Shown: positions 10,013 through 20,544 of the stretch, one piece after another | Layout: each line of letters begins with the position of its first letter | Position numbering within the stretch: the stretch's first letter is position 1 | NCBI GenBank assembly: GCA_963730815.1 | Contig: CAVSTD010000011.1 | Location: forward strand, 41,168-105,167 | From: an uncultured Thermoplasmata archaeon | Lineage (GTDB): Archaea; Thermoplasmatota; Thermoplasmata; Lutacidiplasmatales; UBA184 | Length of the DNA stretch: 64,000 nt | Direction: 5' to 3' | Notes under the pieces: model-generated | The model's database searches: none | What the model was told of the DNA's origin: nothing | The model's input: the letters and a program-made list of their open reading frames with translations, nothing else | Translations under genes and position numbers: made by a program

Positions 10013-10438
10013 TCAGGGGGACGAGAGCTCGGCGACAAGAGCCTTTGCGTCGGATTCGGTCAACGCCGGCCGCGCGCTCGCCCGGAACGGATTGGCCTCC
10101 CCATAGCGGGGAATGATGTGGAAGTGAACATGGAAGACCACCTGGCCGGCCCTCGCTCCGGCGTTCAGGGCGAGGTTGTAATCCGGGGCGAGGCGCTCGG
10201 CGCGCCGACACAGCTCATCCAGGGTCCGGATCAGCGCCATTTGGTCGTCCCATGGGAGGTCCGTCAGACGTGCTCCGTGTCGCTTTGGGACCACGAGAAG
10301 ATGGCCCCGTGTGAAAGGGAAGATATCGAGAAAAGCGAGCGTCGAGGCGTCCTCATAGACGACGTACGCGGGCGCCCGACGTTCCACGATATCGCAGAAT
10401 ACGCAGCGCCGACCTCCGTCGCTCGCTGCGCGGGGCAT
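10013..10438 (-). CDS. HIT family nucleotide hydrolase
   Basis: CVFC, AFLDIFP, GHLLVVPK, and the histidine triad HVHFHIIPR. Confidence 0.92.
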   Translation of the reverse strand: MPRAASDGGRRCVFCDIVERRAPAYVVYEDASTLAFLDIFPFTRGHLLVVPKRHGARLTDLPWDDQMALIRTLDELCRRAERLAPDYNLALNAGARAGQVVFHVHFHIIPRYGEANPFRASARPALTESDAKALVAELSSP

Positions 10439-10487
10439 CGACCGCCGAGATTCCGAGGCGGACTAAAGGATTGCCGGACCCGGTCCG

Positions 10488-12857
10488 ATGACGACCTCAT
10501 TAGGCGAAAGGGCCTGGGTTCGCGGGATGCTCGGGCCGGCGGCGGTGTTCGGCATTTTGCTCTCGATTCTCATGCTGGCAGGCCCGGCAGCGGTGGCCGT
10601 GGCACCGGCCCCGTCGGCGGCTCCGTCGGGATCGGCAGCCACTCTGTTGACGACCGATATACTCCCCCTCCCAACCTCCGCCCCCCAACGGAATCTTCCT
10701 GCCACGACTCTTGTGTCCCTCACGCTGACTCTCGCCAACCCCAGGTCGGGTGAACTCGACCGTTACCTGAACCAGGTCGAGGATCCCGCGTCCTCCTACT
10801 ATCGTCACTTCCTTTCCTACCCGGAGTTTGTCAACGAGTTCGCGCCGCCTGCCGCGACCGTCGTGCAGGTGGAGGCGTCTCTCGAAAGTTCGGGCGCACG
10901 GGACCTCGCGGTCGCGCCCGACCGGTCCTCCATGACCGTCGTCCTCCCAGCGGCCTCCGTCGACCGGCTTTTGGGGGTTCAACTTGTCTCCTATGGGTCG
11001 GACGGCCGAATTCCTCTGTACACCGCCGTGGGAGTGGTCTCACTTCCTCGTTCGTGGGAAGGCCTCGTCACCGGAATCGATGGCTTGTCGGATTCGGCTA
11101 CGGTGGCTCTGGCCCAAGCGTCCCGATCGCTCGACGTTTCACCTCGACCGTGGTCCAGCGATGGCGTCCAGTTCGTTCACGACAACACAAGCGGCGAAGA
11201 CTGGTTCGTGGGCTCGGACTATACGCAAGCGTACGGAGCGACCGCGCTCTTCCCCGGAGGCCACAGCGTCCCGAACGCGACCTACCCGCGTTCCGTCGCG
11301 ATCGCGACCCTCCTCGGGAGCGCCTACAACCTGACCACGCAGACCGATCTGCCCCCCTGGGATCCGGCCGTCCTGCAAGCCTACTTCAACGGGACCCTCG
11401 ACCCGGCCTGGCCGATGCCGAACGTCACCGGCATTCCCGTCGACGTAAACGGTGTCACGCCGCCTCCGCCCGGGTCCTTCGGGTCGCAAAATGACTCGAC
11501 CCTCTACGAGGTGGAGAACTCCCTCGACCTCGAGATGGCCGGGAGTCTCGCTCCGGGGTCGTCGCTCTACAACTTCTACTTCGCAGGCAGTCTTCTCCAG
11601 GGCAGCGCGACGGTCGGTGACGCGGCGAATTACATTGCGGACGACCTCGCCCGGGCCCTCGCCTACAACTACGGACCGGCTCACCTCGCGGTGGTGAGCT
11701 GTTCGTTCGGTCTCCCGGACCTGAATAACTCGGCCTGGAACGCCGAGCTGCTCACAGCCGCGGCGACCGGCGTGACCGTGCTATCCGCGAGTGGTGACCA
11801 AGGCAACGCGCCCGACTCGCTCACCCACCGGGGCGACGGCCAATGGCCGGTCTGGCCGGCCACCGCGGCGTGGAACACCTCCGGCTCCGTTTCGGTCGGG
11901 GGGGTCTCGATCACTCTTTCCGGCTCTCCGAGCGCCTACTTCAACGGGTCCTCGCTCAACCTTTCTTACGATCCCTCGGCAGGGCAGGTCTCGAGCGCGT
12001 CGACGTGGTACGACACGCTGGGCGGTCCGGGGGCTTACGCCGGCTCCGAAGGAGGGGCGAGCACGGTCATCCCGGAACCGTACTGGCAATTCCACTCCGC
12101 CGCGCAACCGGCCATCGTCAACGCGACGCTCGTCCAGGGCGCCTTGACCCTCGGACGGTCGGGACCGGACGTGGCGATGCCCGCGAATTCCACCTTGGTC
12201 ACCGTCTTAGCGAACGCCACCGGGGCGATCTTCTTCTACATCCTCGAAGGAACGAGCATCGCGGCTCCCTTGCTGGCCGGATTGTTGGCCGACGTGGTCG
12301 CCGTCGAGAACAACCGGTCAGTCGGTCCCTGGGCCGGGCTCGGGTACCTCGACCCCGAGATCTATCGGTTCGCGAGCTTTTTCGCGGCCCATCCCGGTCC
12401 AACGGACCCGTTCACCGACGTCACCGTGGGGAGCAACTACGTCTTCTCGGCCGCCGCCGGGTGGGACGCGACGACGGGCTGGGGCGAGGTCAGCGCGCCC
12501 GCGTTCCTCGCCGCCGACCGGAACACGACGCTGCTCAACTACCGGTATAACGGTTCGACGCCGAGCCTCCCGCCCGAGTCTTCCACGGCCGGAGCTCCGG
12601 TTCCGTGGGCGGTCATCTTCGCGATCTTCGGGGTCGGGTTCGTGGTGGCGGTTCTGCTCGTAGTCCTCGTGGCCCGCTCCTCCCGACGCCCGCCCCGGTC
12701 TGCGGTGGTCCCGTGGGGGGCGCAGATGGGCGGACCGATCGGGTCCCCTTCGCTCGGGCCGCCCGGAGCTCTGCCGGGAGCGACCTTCCTCTGCCCGTAC
12801 TGTGGGGCCTTGCGCCCCTCCGACCCGGTCCGATGTCCGCAGTGCGGGGCGTACTAG
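10488..12857 (+). CDS. Membrane-anchored S53 (sedolisin/kumamolisin) peptidase with C-terminal TM helix and Zn ribbon
   Basis: Signal peptide, pro-domain (YYRHFLSYPEF), ENSLDLE, SASGDQG, GTSIAAP, GWDATTGWG, TM helix, then CPYCG...CPQCG. Confidence 0.88.
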   Translation: MTTSLGERAWVRGMLGPAAVFGILLSILMLAGPAAVAVAPAPSAAPSGSAATLLTTDILPLPTSAPQRNLPATTLVSLTLTLANPRSGELDRYLNQVEDPASSYYRHFLSYPEFVNEFAPPAATVVQVEASLESSGARDLAVAPDRSSMTVVLPAASVDRLLGVQLVSYGSDGRIPLYTAVGVVSLPRSWEGLVTGIDGLSDSATVALAQASRSLDVSPRPWSSDGVQFVHDNTSGEDWFVGSDYTQAYGATALFPGGHSVPNATYPRSVAIATLLGSAYNLTTQTDLPPWDPAVLQAYFNGTLDPAWPMPNVTGIPVDVNGVTPPPPGSFGSQNDSTLYEVENSLDLEMAGSLAPGSSLYNFYFAGSLLQGSATVGDAANYIADDLARALAYNYGPAHLAVVSCSFGLPDLNNSAWNAELLTAAATGVTVLSASGDQGNAPDSLTHRGDGQWPVWPATAAWNTSGSVSVGGVSITLSGSPSAYFNGSSLNLSYDPSAGQVSSASTWYDTLGGPGAYAGSEGGASTVIPEPYWQFHSAAQPAIVNATLVQGALTLGRSGPDVAMPANSTLVTVLANATGAIFFYILEGTSIAAPLLAGLLADVVAVENNRSVGPWAGLGYLDPEIYRFASFFAAHPGPTDPFTDVTVGSNYVFSAAAGWDATTGWGEVSAPAFLAADRNTTLLNYRYNGSTPSLPPESSTAGAPVPWAVIFAIFGVGFVVAVLLVVLVARSSRRPPRSAVVPWGAQMGGPIGSPSLGPPGALPGATFLCPYCGALRPSDPVRCPQCGAY

Positions 12858-13513
12858 GAAGCGAGCGGCGGCTCGGCCGGGGGGACCTCGTCGGGGGCTG
12901 TCGTTCCCGGGGATCCATCGGAGGGCACCTCGGGCGTGGGCGGCGGTGCGGCGGTTACCTCGTCGGTTCCCGCGCCGCTGGGAGTCGGAATGGACGGTGC
13001 TACGCCGAGCTTCTGCTCGAGGAAGCGTCGGATCTCCTCGGGCCGGGTCGAGGCGATGCCGAAGTACTCGGCGAACCGCCGGGTCGTGACCAATTCGAGG
13101 GTCGAGCCCTTCGGCTCGGTGTGGACGAGCCCGATGCCCCGCAGTCGTTGCACTTCCTCGTAGGTCACGTCTCCGATCATTCGGACAATGTGGCTCTGCA
13201 GGATCGGTTGGTGGTAGGCGATCAGCGTCAAGGTCCGGAGCGTTCGGGGGGTCATCTCGACCGGGGTGACCGAGTGGACGGTCGGTACGTACTTTTCCTG
13301 GAGCTGGAGGGCGTAGCGGTCCCCGACGCGGCGCACTTCGAGCGCCGACTGACGGTTCCCGTACGTCTGCTCGAGCGTGCGGACCGCTCGTTGCACCGGC
13401 CGGTAATCGTCGAGGCCGAGCGCGTCGGCGATCTCCTTCACGGCGAGAGGCTTTCCGCTGGCGAACAGCACCGCTTCGACTTGGAACACAAGGTCATCGA
13501 GCTTCGACGGCAT
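12854..13513 (-). CDS. scpB: SMC-Scp complex subunit ScpB
   Basis: VEAVLFASGKPL, TLTLIAYHQPI, TTRRFAEYFG; in operon with scpA and smc. Confidence 0.92.
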   Translation of the reverse strand: MPSKLDDLVFQVEAVLFASGKPLAVKEIADALGLDDYRPVQRAVRTLEQTYGNRQSALEVRRVGDRYALQLQEKYVPTVHSVTPVEMTPRTLRTLTLIAYHQPILQSHIVRMIGDVTYEEVQRLRGIGLVHTEPKGSTLELVTTRRFAEYFGIASTRPEEIRRFLEQKLGVAPSIPTPSGAGTDEVTAAPPPTPEVPSDGSPGTTAPDEVPPAEPPLAS

Positions 13514-13522
13514 GGACCCTCC

Positions 13523-14479
13523 TTACGGCTCCTCGACCACGACCTTGCGGGACTCGGCGGTGCGCACGACGAGGACCGGGGACGACCCGAGTACCTCCTG
13601 GCGCAGCTCCACCGACCGCTCGCGGGCGAGGAACAGTAAAGCAAGGAAGATCGCGACCAGGCGGTCGCGTCCGGAAAGCGGGTTCCAGAGGTCGAGGAGG
13701 GGGAACTCTTCCCCGAGGGGGTGGGAGAGGGTCGCGGTCCAGGTGTCTTCGAGGTCCCGTTCGGGGATTTCTCCGTGTACGAGGACCTCGGGCGGTGCGC
13801 GTTGCTCCTCCCGAAGGCGGTCGCGCAGTTCCTCGATACGGAGCGCGCGACGCGCATCCGCCTCGGCCTCACCGAAGGCCCGGACCAGCTCGAGCAGCGA
13901 CACCGGTCGCGTCTCGGGATGGCGGACCATCTCGAGGAGAGGCGGGGGGTCGGTCGACCCGAGGACCGAGCTGGTGACGTCGACCGCTTCGGGGGTGTCC
14001 ATGAGCGGCAGGTAACTTTCGTCGGCTCCGTCCGGGAAATTGGCCCCACCGTCCACGGGGGTGTCGGGCACGGCACGCAGCTTGAGGATCTCCTCCGACT
14101 GCAGATAGAGGATGTTCCAGGCCATGTAGACGAGTCGGCCGGCGATCGCGAAGTTGACCGCTCCGTCCTCGCGAACGCGCTCGAGGTACGACTCGGTGAA
14201 CTTCACCAGGTCGATCTCCCAGGGGTCGAACTCTTCCTCCATCACGAGCTCGAAGAGGAGCGCGATCGCCTTCTGGAACGGGTCGGGGATGACGATATGC
14301 ACGCCTTCTTTCAGGTTCTCGACAAGCGAAAGATAACGCTCGAGCAAGGGGGCGGTGGTCTCGCTCTCGCCGATCAGAGACCGGTGGAACACGAGGTAGC
14401 GGAGCACCTTCTCCGCCGCCTCGCGCGGGACCGTTGCCGAGGGAACCAGCTCGGTGACCTCGGTTTCGGAGATCGTCAA
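13523..14479 (-). CDS. scpA: Segregation/condensation protein ScpA (kleisin)
   Basis: FDPWEIDLVKF, RPVSLLELVRAF, IFLALLFLA...VELRQE; lies between smc and scpB. Confidence 0.88.
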   Translation of the reverse strand: MTISETEVTELVPSATVPREAAEKVLRYLVFHRSLIGESETTAPLLERYLSLVENLKEGVHIVIPDPFQKAIALLFELVMEEEFDPWEIDLVKFTESYLERVREDGAVNFAIAGRLVYMAWNILYLQSEEILKLRAVPDTPVDGGANFPDGADESYLPLMDTPEAVDVTSSVLGSTDPPPLLEMVRHPETRPVSLLELVRAFGEAEADARRALRIEELRDRLREEQRAPPEVLVHGEIPERDLEDTWTATLSHPLGEEFPLLDLWNPLSGRDRLVAIFLALLFLARERSVELRQEVLGSSPVLVVRTAESRKVVVEEP

Positions 14480-17400
14480 CGGGCCTCCAACGGGGTCACG
14501 GCCTCGGGGGCCCGGGCGTTCTCGCGGCCCTCGACATCATGGATGTCGTCGAGGTCGATGCCGACGACGCGGGAGCAGCCGTCCCCGCGCATCGTCACTC
14601 CCAAGAGATGGTGGCCGAACTTGAGGGTCACTTTGCGCAACGAGATGACGATGAACTGCGCGCGTTCCGCGTTGCGGCGCAGCATCCGTCCGACGAACTC
14701 CGCGTTGAGCCCATCGAGCGACATGTCGACCTCGTCAAAGACGTAGAGCGGGCTCGGGTCGTAGCGCTGCATCGAGAAGATGAACGCGAGGCTCGCGAGC
14801 GATTTCTCCCCGCCGGACAATTGCTCGAGCCGACCGACAGTTTTCCCAATCGGCCGCGCCTTGATGAGAAGGCCCCCGGCGAGCGGGTCCTCTGGGTTCT
14901 CGAGCGAGATCTCTCCTTCGCCGCCGGCCGAGAGCTCCCCGTAGATCTGCTTGAAGTGCGTGCCTACCTGGGCCACGACGTCGGTGATCTTCTCTCGCTT
15001 CTTCTTCTCGATCTCGCCGACGAGCGAGAGGAGCTCCGTCTTCTCGCTGGTGAGTCGCTGGACCTCCAGCTGGAAGTCCTCCGACCGGGATTTCTCCTGG
15101 TCGTACTCCTCGACCGCGCGCAGGTTGACATCGCCCATCGACTGGAGCTGCTGTTCGAGCGCCGAGATCTTCCGCTTCAGTTCCTCGACCGAGACCGGTT
15201 TTTCGTCCGGCTCGGCCTCGGGGAACTGCTTGAGGGCTTCGTCGAGTTCCTTCACCCGGACCTCGGCTTGGGCGAGACGGGTCTCTTCCTGAGTGAGCAT
15301 GCTGTGCCGGGTTTCGAGGTTCGCTTGCGCCTGCGCGAGCTTCGCGGTGACGTCGAGGCGCTCGGAGTCGAGCTTCTTCTTCTTCTCCGTCTGTGCCCGG
15401 GCCGACTCGCTCTGCTTGGACTCGACTCCCTTCAGGGCCTCGAGTGCGGCGCGGGAGTCGCGGAGCGAACGCTCCGTCTCGGCGATCTCCTTCTTCTTCG
15501 CGGAGATGTCCTTCTGCGCTTTCGCCAGCTCTGCGCGACGGGTCTCGAGATTCGTCGAGAGCGCGGCGAGGGAAGCTCGGATCGATTCGAGCTCTCCGTT
15601 GACCTGAACCCGCTCTTCGGCCGTCTTCTGAGCGGTCTGCTGGAGGGACCTAAGGTGAACCGAAACCGCCTCGGGCAGCTGGCTCAGGTATTGCTCCTGG
15701 GCCCTCTGGGTCTGCGTCTTCAGGGCGGCGATCTCGGCGGCGAGTCGGTCGACGGAGGCCTCGGCGGTCGCAAGGGCCGTCTCGACCTTCTTCTGCTCGA
15801 CACGAGCCGCCTCGATCCGAGCCCGGGCGGCGGAGAGCTTCTCCCGCGCGGTCTCGAGGTCCTTGTCGAAGACCTCCCGAGCGGATTGATGCGCCTGGTC
15901 CTGGATGGACCGGGTGGAGAGTTCTTCGGCGACGGCTCGGATCCGCTCGCTCACCTTGGCGAGCTCGGACCGGGATGCGGTCTCGGCAGCGCCCTTCGCC
16001 CGGAGCTCTTCGCCGAGCCGCTTCAATTCGACGGCGGAATCGCTGCCCCGACCCTGGTTGGTAGGGTCGAGATATCCCCCCGAGATCGCGCCGGTCGCCT
16101 CGATAAGGTCCCCGTTGAGGGTGACCAACCGAACTCCGCCCATTTGGGCTCGGGCGCGGCCCAGGTCGTCCATGACGACCGTTTCCCCGAACACGTACCA
16201 GAAGGCGGGTCGAAGGGCTTCGTCGAACTTCACGAGGTCGAGCGCGAAGCCGGCCGCCCCGGGGGCTTTCGATACGACGAGCGACTTTCCGTGCGCGCGG
16301 CCCGGCAACATCTTGTTGAGCGGGAGGAACGTGGCGCGACCGCGCTTCTCCTCCCGAAGGAGCTTGATGCACTCCTCCGCGACCTGGTCGGTCTCGACGA
16401 CGAGGGCCTGGAAGCGGCCCCCGCCGGCGACCTGGAGTGCAGTCTTGAGCTTCGGGTCGAACTCGGCCAGTTCTTCCACGGTGCCGCGGATCCCCGGGAT
16501 CTTGCCGAGGTTGCGTTGAGAGAGAAGATAATCGACGGCGGCGAGGGCCGTAGGCCGTCCGCCCCCGTCGGCCCGAGCCTTCAGACGAGCGTCGAGCGAG
16601 AGGTAGCGGCGGTTGAGCTCGAGAACCTCTTGGGCGAGCCGGTCGCGTTCCGACCCGAGATTCTTCTCCTTCGTCTTGAGGGAGAAGAGCTCCTTTTGGA
16701 GATCACCCGTCGCCGGTCCGGAACCGTTCTTGCCGGGTGATGCCTCCTTGATGCGTAGCTCGAGGTCCTTTACCTCGACCTCACGTTCGCGAAGGTCATC
16801 CTCAGCCTGCGCCTGAGTACGTTCGGCATTGCGCAGAGAAGCGCTCGAGGTCTCCCGCTGTTGGACGGCTTCCGTCCAGGCGTTCTGCTTCGATTCAGTC
16901 TGCCGGGTGAGTTCGAGCTGCTGCTTGCGCGCCGCAGCGAGCTTGTCGTGCGCCTTTCCCGGGGTCCCGGTCGCCGTCTGGATCTCTCGCGCGTTGTCGT
17001 CCGCGGTCTTGGCCAGCGCAGCGAGACGCTCCGCGAGCTTGGATTCCTGGGCCTGAAGGTTCGACTCTTGGGTCTCATCGGCCCGAACCGACTTAGCCAG
17101 CTCGTCCGCCTGGGTCGCGATCGCTTCGAGGCCTTCCCGGAGATGGCCGAGGCTCTGGTCGAGTCGGGCGTAGGCCATCTTCTTCTCGTCGACCTCTTGC
17201 TTGAACTTCACGGCGGCAGTACCGCCCGCCTCGGCGATCTCCCGGTCGATCGCATCGATCGCGGCGGCGAGCTCCGCCTGCCGAGCGCTCAGTTGAGTAC
17301 GCGACTTGTCGAGCTCTTCGAGCTCGGCCCGGACCGTGTCCACTTGCTTTCGGCAGGTGGCGAGCTCGTGCTCGGCCAGGCGGCGGCCGGCCCGCGCGAG

Positions 17401-18103
17401 CCGAGCCTCCGAGCGCTTCTTGTCGTCCTGGAGTTGCTTATACTGGATCGCGAGGAGTCGTTGACCCTCTAGGCCAGAAAGGCGGGATTTGATGTCGGTC
17501 AGCAGAGTCTGGATCCGGTCGAGGTTCGCGTCGAGGTCGGTCCGCTTGGTCGCCGCGCGCTCGAGCTCGTCGTCGGTACTGACTGATCCCGGCCAGCCGT
17601 TCCACGAGGCCACGGCGAGGGATCTGTCCCATGGTGACGATCTTGTTGATGTCCCCCTGCTGGACGAGGTTGTAACCGTCTCCCGAGAGGCGGGCATGGG
17701 AGAGAAGGGAGTCGATCTCCGTCTGGGTCGTCCTCTTGCCGTTGACGTAGAAGTAGGAGTAGTAGCCGTCCGGGTCGCTGGGCGCCAACTTCACGTACCG
17801 GGTGATTTCAACCTCGGCCGTCTCGACCGGAAGCAGCTTGTCGGTGTTGTCGAAGACGAGGGAGACCTCGCACTCCGTCGCGGCCTTCTTCGAGGAGCCT
17901 CCGTTGAAGAAGAGATGCGTCAGCCGTTCCGCGCGCAACGCTTTCGAGCTCGTCGGGCCGAGAACGAACAGGATCGCGTCCGAGATGTTCGACTTGCCCA
18001 TCCCGTTCGGGCCGGCCACGCCGGTGAACCCCGGCTGGAATGGTATCTCGGTCGCCCCGGCGAACGATTTGAAGTTCCTCAGCTTGAGACGTTTCAGGTA
18101 CAT
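14476..18103 (-). CDS. smc: Chromosome segregation protein SMC, with one apparent frameshift (~17575)
   Basis: NFKSF, Walker A GPNGMGKS, VQQGD, coiled coils, hinge GRATFLPLN, LSGGEKS, YVFDEVD. Frames join at AGISQY/DDELE. Confidence 0.93.
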
Positions 18104-18198
18104 CGGGCGCTTCCTCCGATCCTTCGACCCGCGTCCACCGTCGCCGAAATCCGTCCGTTTGTCGGACGGTTGTCAGCAGCGCTCTCCGAGCCGTGTCA

Positions 18199-18212
18199 GC
18201 CATATTTAATCA
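18199..18212 (-). promoter_or_regulatory. TATA-like box upstream of smc
   Basis: AT-rich ATTAAATAT on the minus strand in a GC-rich background, ~100 nt upstream of the smc ATG. Confidence 0.45.
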
Positions 18213-18625
18213 TTGGGCTGAACGGGTAGGGTCATTCCGTTCGGGAAGGGGTTCGTGGTCGGGCCGGGCCATTGGTCACCTTCCGGACCGGGCTTTTTCC
18301 GCCGACGAAACCCCGCTTACAAGGCGGGTTAGGGTTCGGCCTCGATTCTCTTTGTCTTGCGATCCACGGCATCCAAGACACGACCTTCCTGCTCGGACTC
18401 GGTCTGGTCCGAGGCGCGGCCGGTCTCATTCGCCGTATTCGCCGTATCTTCCCACCGAACCGCGGCTTCGGCCCGTTCCTGATTCGCCGCGTCGAGCCGT
18501 TTCGCCTTGGTGACAACCTTGGGTCAGTCTGGATTCCTGCCTTCGGGATAAGTCTGGTCCTGTGCGAGCCTCGAGGAGGGACCCGAGACGACCCACCGGT
18601 CTCCAGGCCCGAGGTCTCTTTCGCC

Positions 18626-18644
18626 TTTGGACCAATTCCTTAAA
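18626..18644. promoter_or_regulatory. Palindrome TTGGACCAA next to a TATA-like element (CTTAAA / TTTAAG)
   Basis: TTTGGACCAATTCCTTAAA; the same palindrome recurs twice at 19489 and 19510. Confidence 0.6.
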
Positions 18645-18668
18645 CCGTCGAACGGACTCTCCGCGGTC

Positions 18669-18947
18669 GTGGGACTCGTCGAGCTCTTCGTAGCGGTCCT
18701 GGTCACCGGGATTTCGTGCATCAACGCGGGCGTCCCCACCGGGGCCTTCTTCCGCTCACGGGATGGTCGTTTTCTCGCTCTCGCCGGAGCGAACGCGTTG
18801 TTGGCATTGCTCGGCGGCCTCTGGACGTGGGGCGAGCTTCCTCTCAGCCCCCCCTCGTGGGCAGTTCCGAACCTCCCGGTCCTCGCCCTGACCTTACTCG
18901 TTGCCCTACTCCTTCTTGCCACCACCCTGTGGCCCCGACATGTTTGA
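18669..18947 (+). CDS. Small membrane protein (about 3 TM helices)
   Basis: Strongly hydrophobic ORF. The GTG at 18669 lies ~25 nt after the TATA-like box, and the ORF ends 3 nt before the HTH gene. Confidence 0.7.
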   Translation: MGLVELFVAVLVTGISCINAGVPTGAFFRSRDGRFLALAGANALLALLGGLWTWGELPLSPPSWAVPNLPVLALTLLVALLLLATTLWPRHV

Positions 18948-18950
18948 GCG

Positions 18951-19478
18951 ATGGAGGAGGATCCGCTTGCCCTCGCCACGCGGCGCCGAATCTACGACGC
19001 CGTTCGCCGGGCCCCGGGCGTAGGGGCGCGCGAGGTCCAACGGGCCGCCGCGACGGGATGGGGCGAAACTACCTATCACCTTGACCGCCTGACGGAGTCA
19101 GGACTGGTCCATCGAGAACGCAGCACGATCCAGGACCACTACTTCGTCGCCGAAGTCCCACTTGGCGACCGCCGCCTCTTGGGCTTGACCCGTTCTGCTT
19201 CGGCTCGCCTGCTTCTGGTCGCGTTGCTCGACAAGGGCGAAGCGACCGTGCCGGAATTGACCGAGCGGACGAACCTCAGTGAGGGCCGGCTGTCCGTCCA
19301 TCTCCGGCGGTTGATCGAGACGGGAGTTGTGAGGACGGGTCGACGGGGACGATGGCGTACGTTCGACGTGACCGAACGGGACCGAGTGATCCGATTGCTC
19401 GTAACCTACCGAGGCGGGTTCGGTGATCAGTGGATCGAGCGACTCCTCGAAACCTGGTCCGACCTGTTTCGGCCCTGA
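18951..19478 (+). CDS. Transcriptional regulator with two winged-HTH domains (ArsR-like)
   Basis: LATRRRIYDAVRRAPG...TTYHLDRL...GLV, and a second unit TVPELTERTNLSEGRLSVHLRRLIETGVV. Confidence 0.85.
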   Translation: MEEDPLALATRRRIYDAVRRAPGVGAREVQRAAATGWGETTYHLDRLTESGLVHRERSTIQDHYFVAEVPLGDRRLLGLTRSASARLLLVALLDKGEATVPELTERTNLSEGRLSVHLRRLIETGVVRTGRRGRWRTFDVTERDRVIRLLVTYRGGFGDQWIERLLETWSDLFRP

Positions 19479-19487
19479 CCTCGCGTC

Positions 19488-19520
19488 TTTGGACCAATCG
19501 ATTTCGTCCTTGGACCAAAA
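19488..19520. promoter_or_regulatory. Tandem TTGGACCAA palindromes, 21 bp apart
   Basis: TTTGGACCAATCGATTTCGTCCTTGGACCAAAA in the short intergenic region after the HTH gene. Confidence 0.6.
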
Positions 19521-19542
19521 AGAGGGTGACGCTCACCGACCC

Positions 19543-20544
19543 ATGAGGCATCCGATGACGTGGACGAGGGCCAATTGCGGGGACATATCGACTCGCCCGC
19601 CCCGCGCGGCGGTAGGGGTGGGCTCCCTGTCCCTCGCGGTCGGCCTGCTTCTCCTCCTATCTCCGGTAGCGTCAGCCGCGACCCCGACGACTTCTTGGGG
19701 AATCGCGCCGTCGTCTTGGTCGAACGGAATCGTCCTCTGCCAGTTTTCGCCGGGCGTGCCCACGGTCGGAGTGTCGGCCCTTTCCCGGGCGGACACGGGA
19801 ATGTCCGCCACGCTAGGATCGATTTCGGAAGTCACCGCAGCGGGAAGTCTTGTCGCGACCGCGGCCCTCCCGTCGAACTCCTGGGCGGCAACCAACTTCT
19901 CGAGCGATGACGCCTACGACCTTGGCTACACGGTTCACGCGCCGGTGACCGCTCCGTCGGCCCCGTTCCCCGTTCTCGGTTTCGCCGATGCTCGGGTCGA
20001 TTTCGTCCTGCCGATCTATGCCGGATCTTCATCGGGGCCGACCGACACGGTCGCGATCGAGATTCAGGTGTCGAACTGGTCCTGGCAAGCGGCCGGTGAC
20101 CATCTCGCGGTGACGCTCACGCTGTGGCCGTCGTTCGCCAGCGAGGAACACCTGCTCCTCGGAACCTCGCCCGGGTCCCTCATGTCGGGCGTTTCCACTA
20201 CGAGCGGATCGACGTTCGAGCAGATGTCCGCCGCAACGAGCGCGGTCGCCAATACCGGCCTACCTTCCGCTACCAGCATTCCGGCGACACCCTCCGCGTC
20301 GGGAAATTCCTCGCTCGGAACCGTTGCGGTGACGTTCGGAGCGGGCGCCGGAGAGTTCACCTCTGTCAGCTATACCGCCAACGTTCAGGTTTTGTTCCCG
20401 GCCACGGTCGCCGGCATCCCCACGGTGGACTTGGTCGTGGTCGGCGGAGTCGCAACGCTCGTCGCCCTCCTCGTAGCGGCCGGCACCCGTTACGCGCGCC
20501 GCCGGCCCTCGGACCTCACGTATGTCGACGAGGAGGAACCGTGA
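19543..20544 (+). CDS. Exported Ser/Thr-rich protein with C-terminal membrane anchor
   Basis: Signal-like LAVGLLLLLSPVASA, beta-rich S/T body with N-x-S/T sequons, C-terminal TM followed by RYARRR. Start uncertain. Confidence 0.75.
   Translation: MRHPMTWTRANCGDISTRPPRAAVGVGSLSLAVGLLLLLSPVASAATPTTSWGIAPSSWSNGIVLCQFSPGVPTVGVSALSRADTGMSATLGSISEVTAAGSLVATAALPSNSWAATNFSSDDAYDLGYTVHAPVTAPSAPFPVLGFADARVDFVLPIYAGSSSGPTDTVAIEIQVSNWSWQAAGDHLAVTLTLWPSFASEEHLLLGTSPGSLMSGVSTTSGSTFEQMSAATSAVANTGLPSATSIPATPSASGNSSLGTVAVTFGAGAGEFTSVSYTANVQVLFPATVAGIPTVDLVVVGGVATLVALLVAAGTRYARRRPSDLTYVDEEEP

Noticed and set aside
17438..17697. Naturally split SMC
   Set aside because: Removing one base at ~17575 gives a normal continuous SMC.
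18260..18300. SRP RNA helix-8-like CCGGTCCGGAAGG on the minus strand
   Set aside because: The AGCA half of the conserved loop and the Alu domain are missing.
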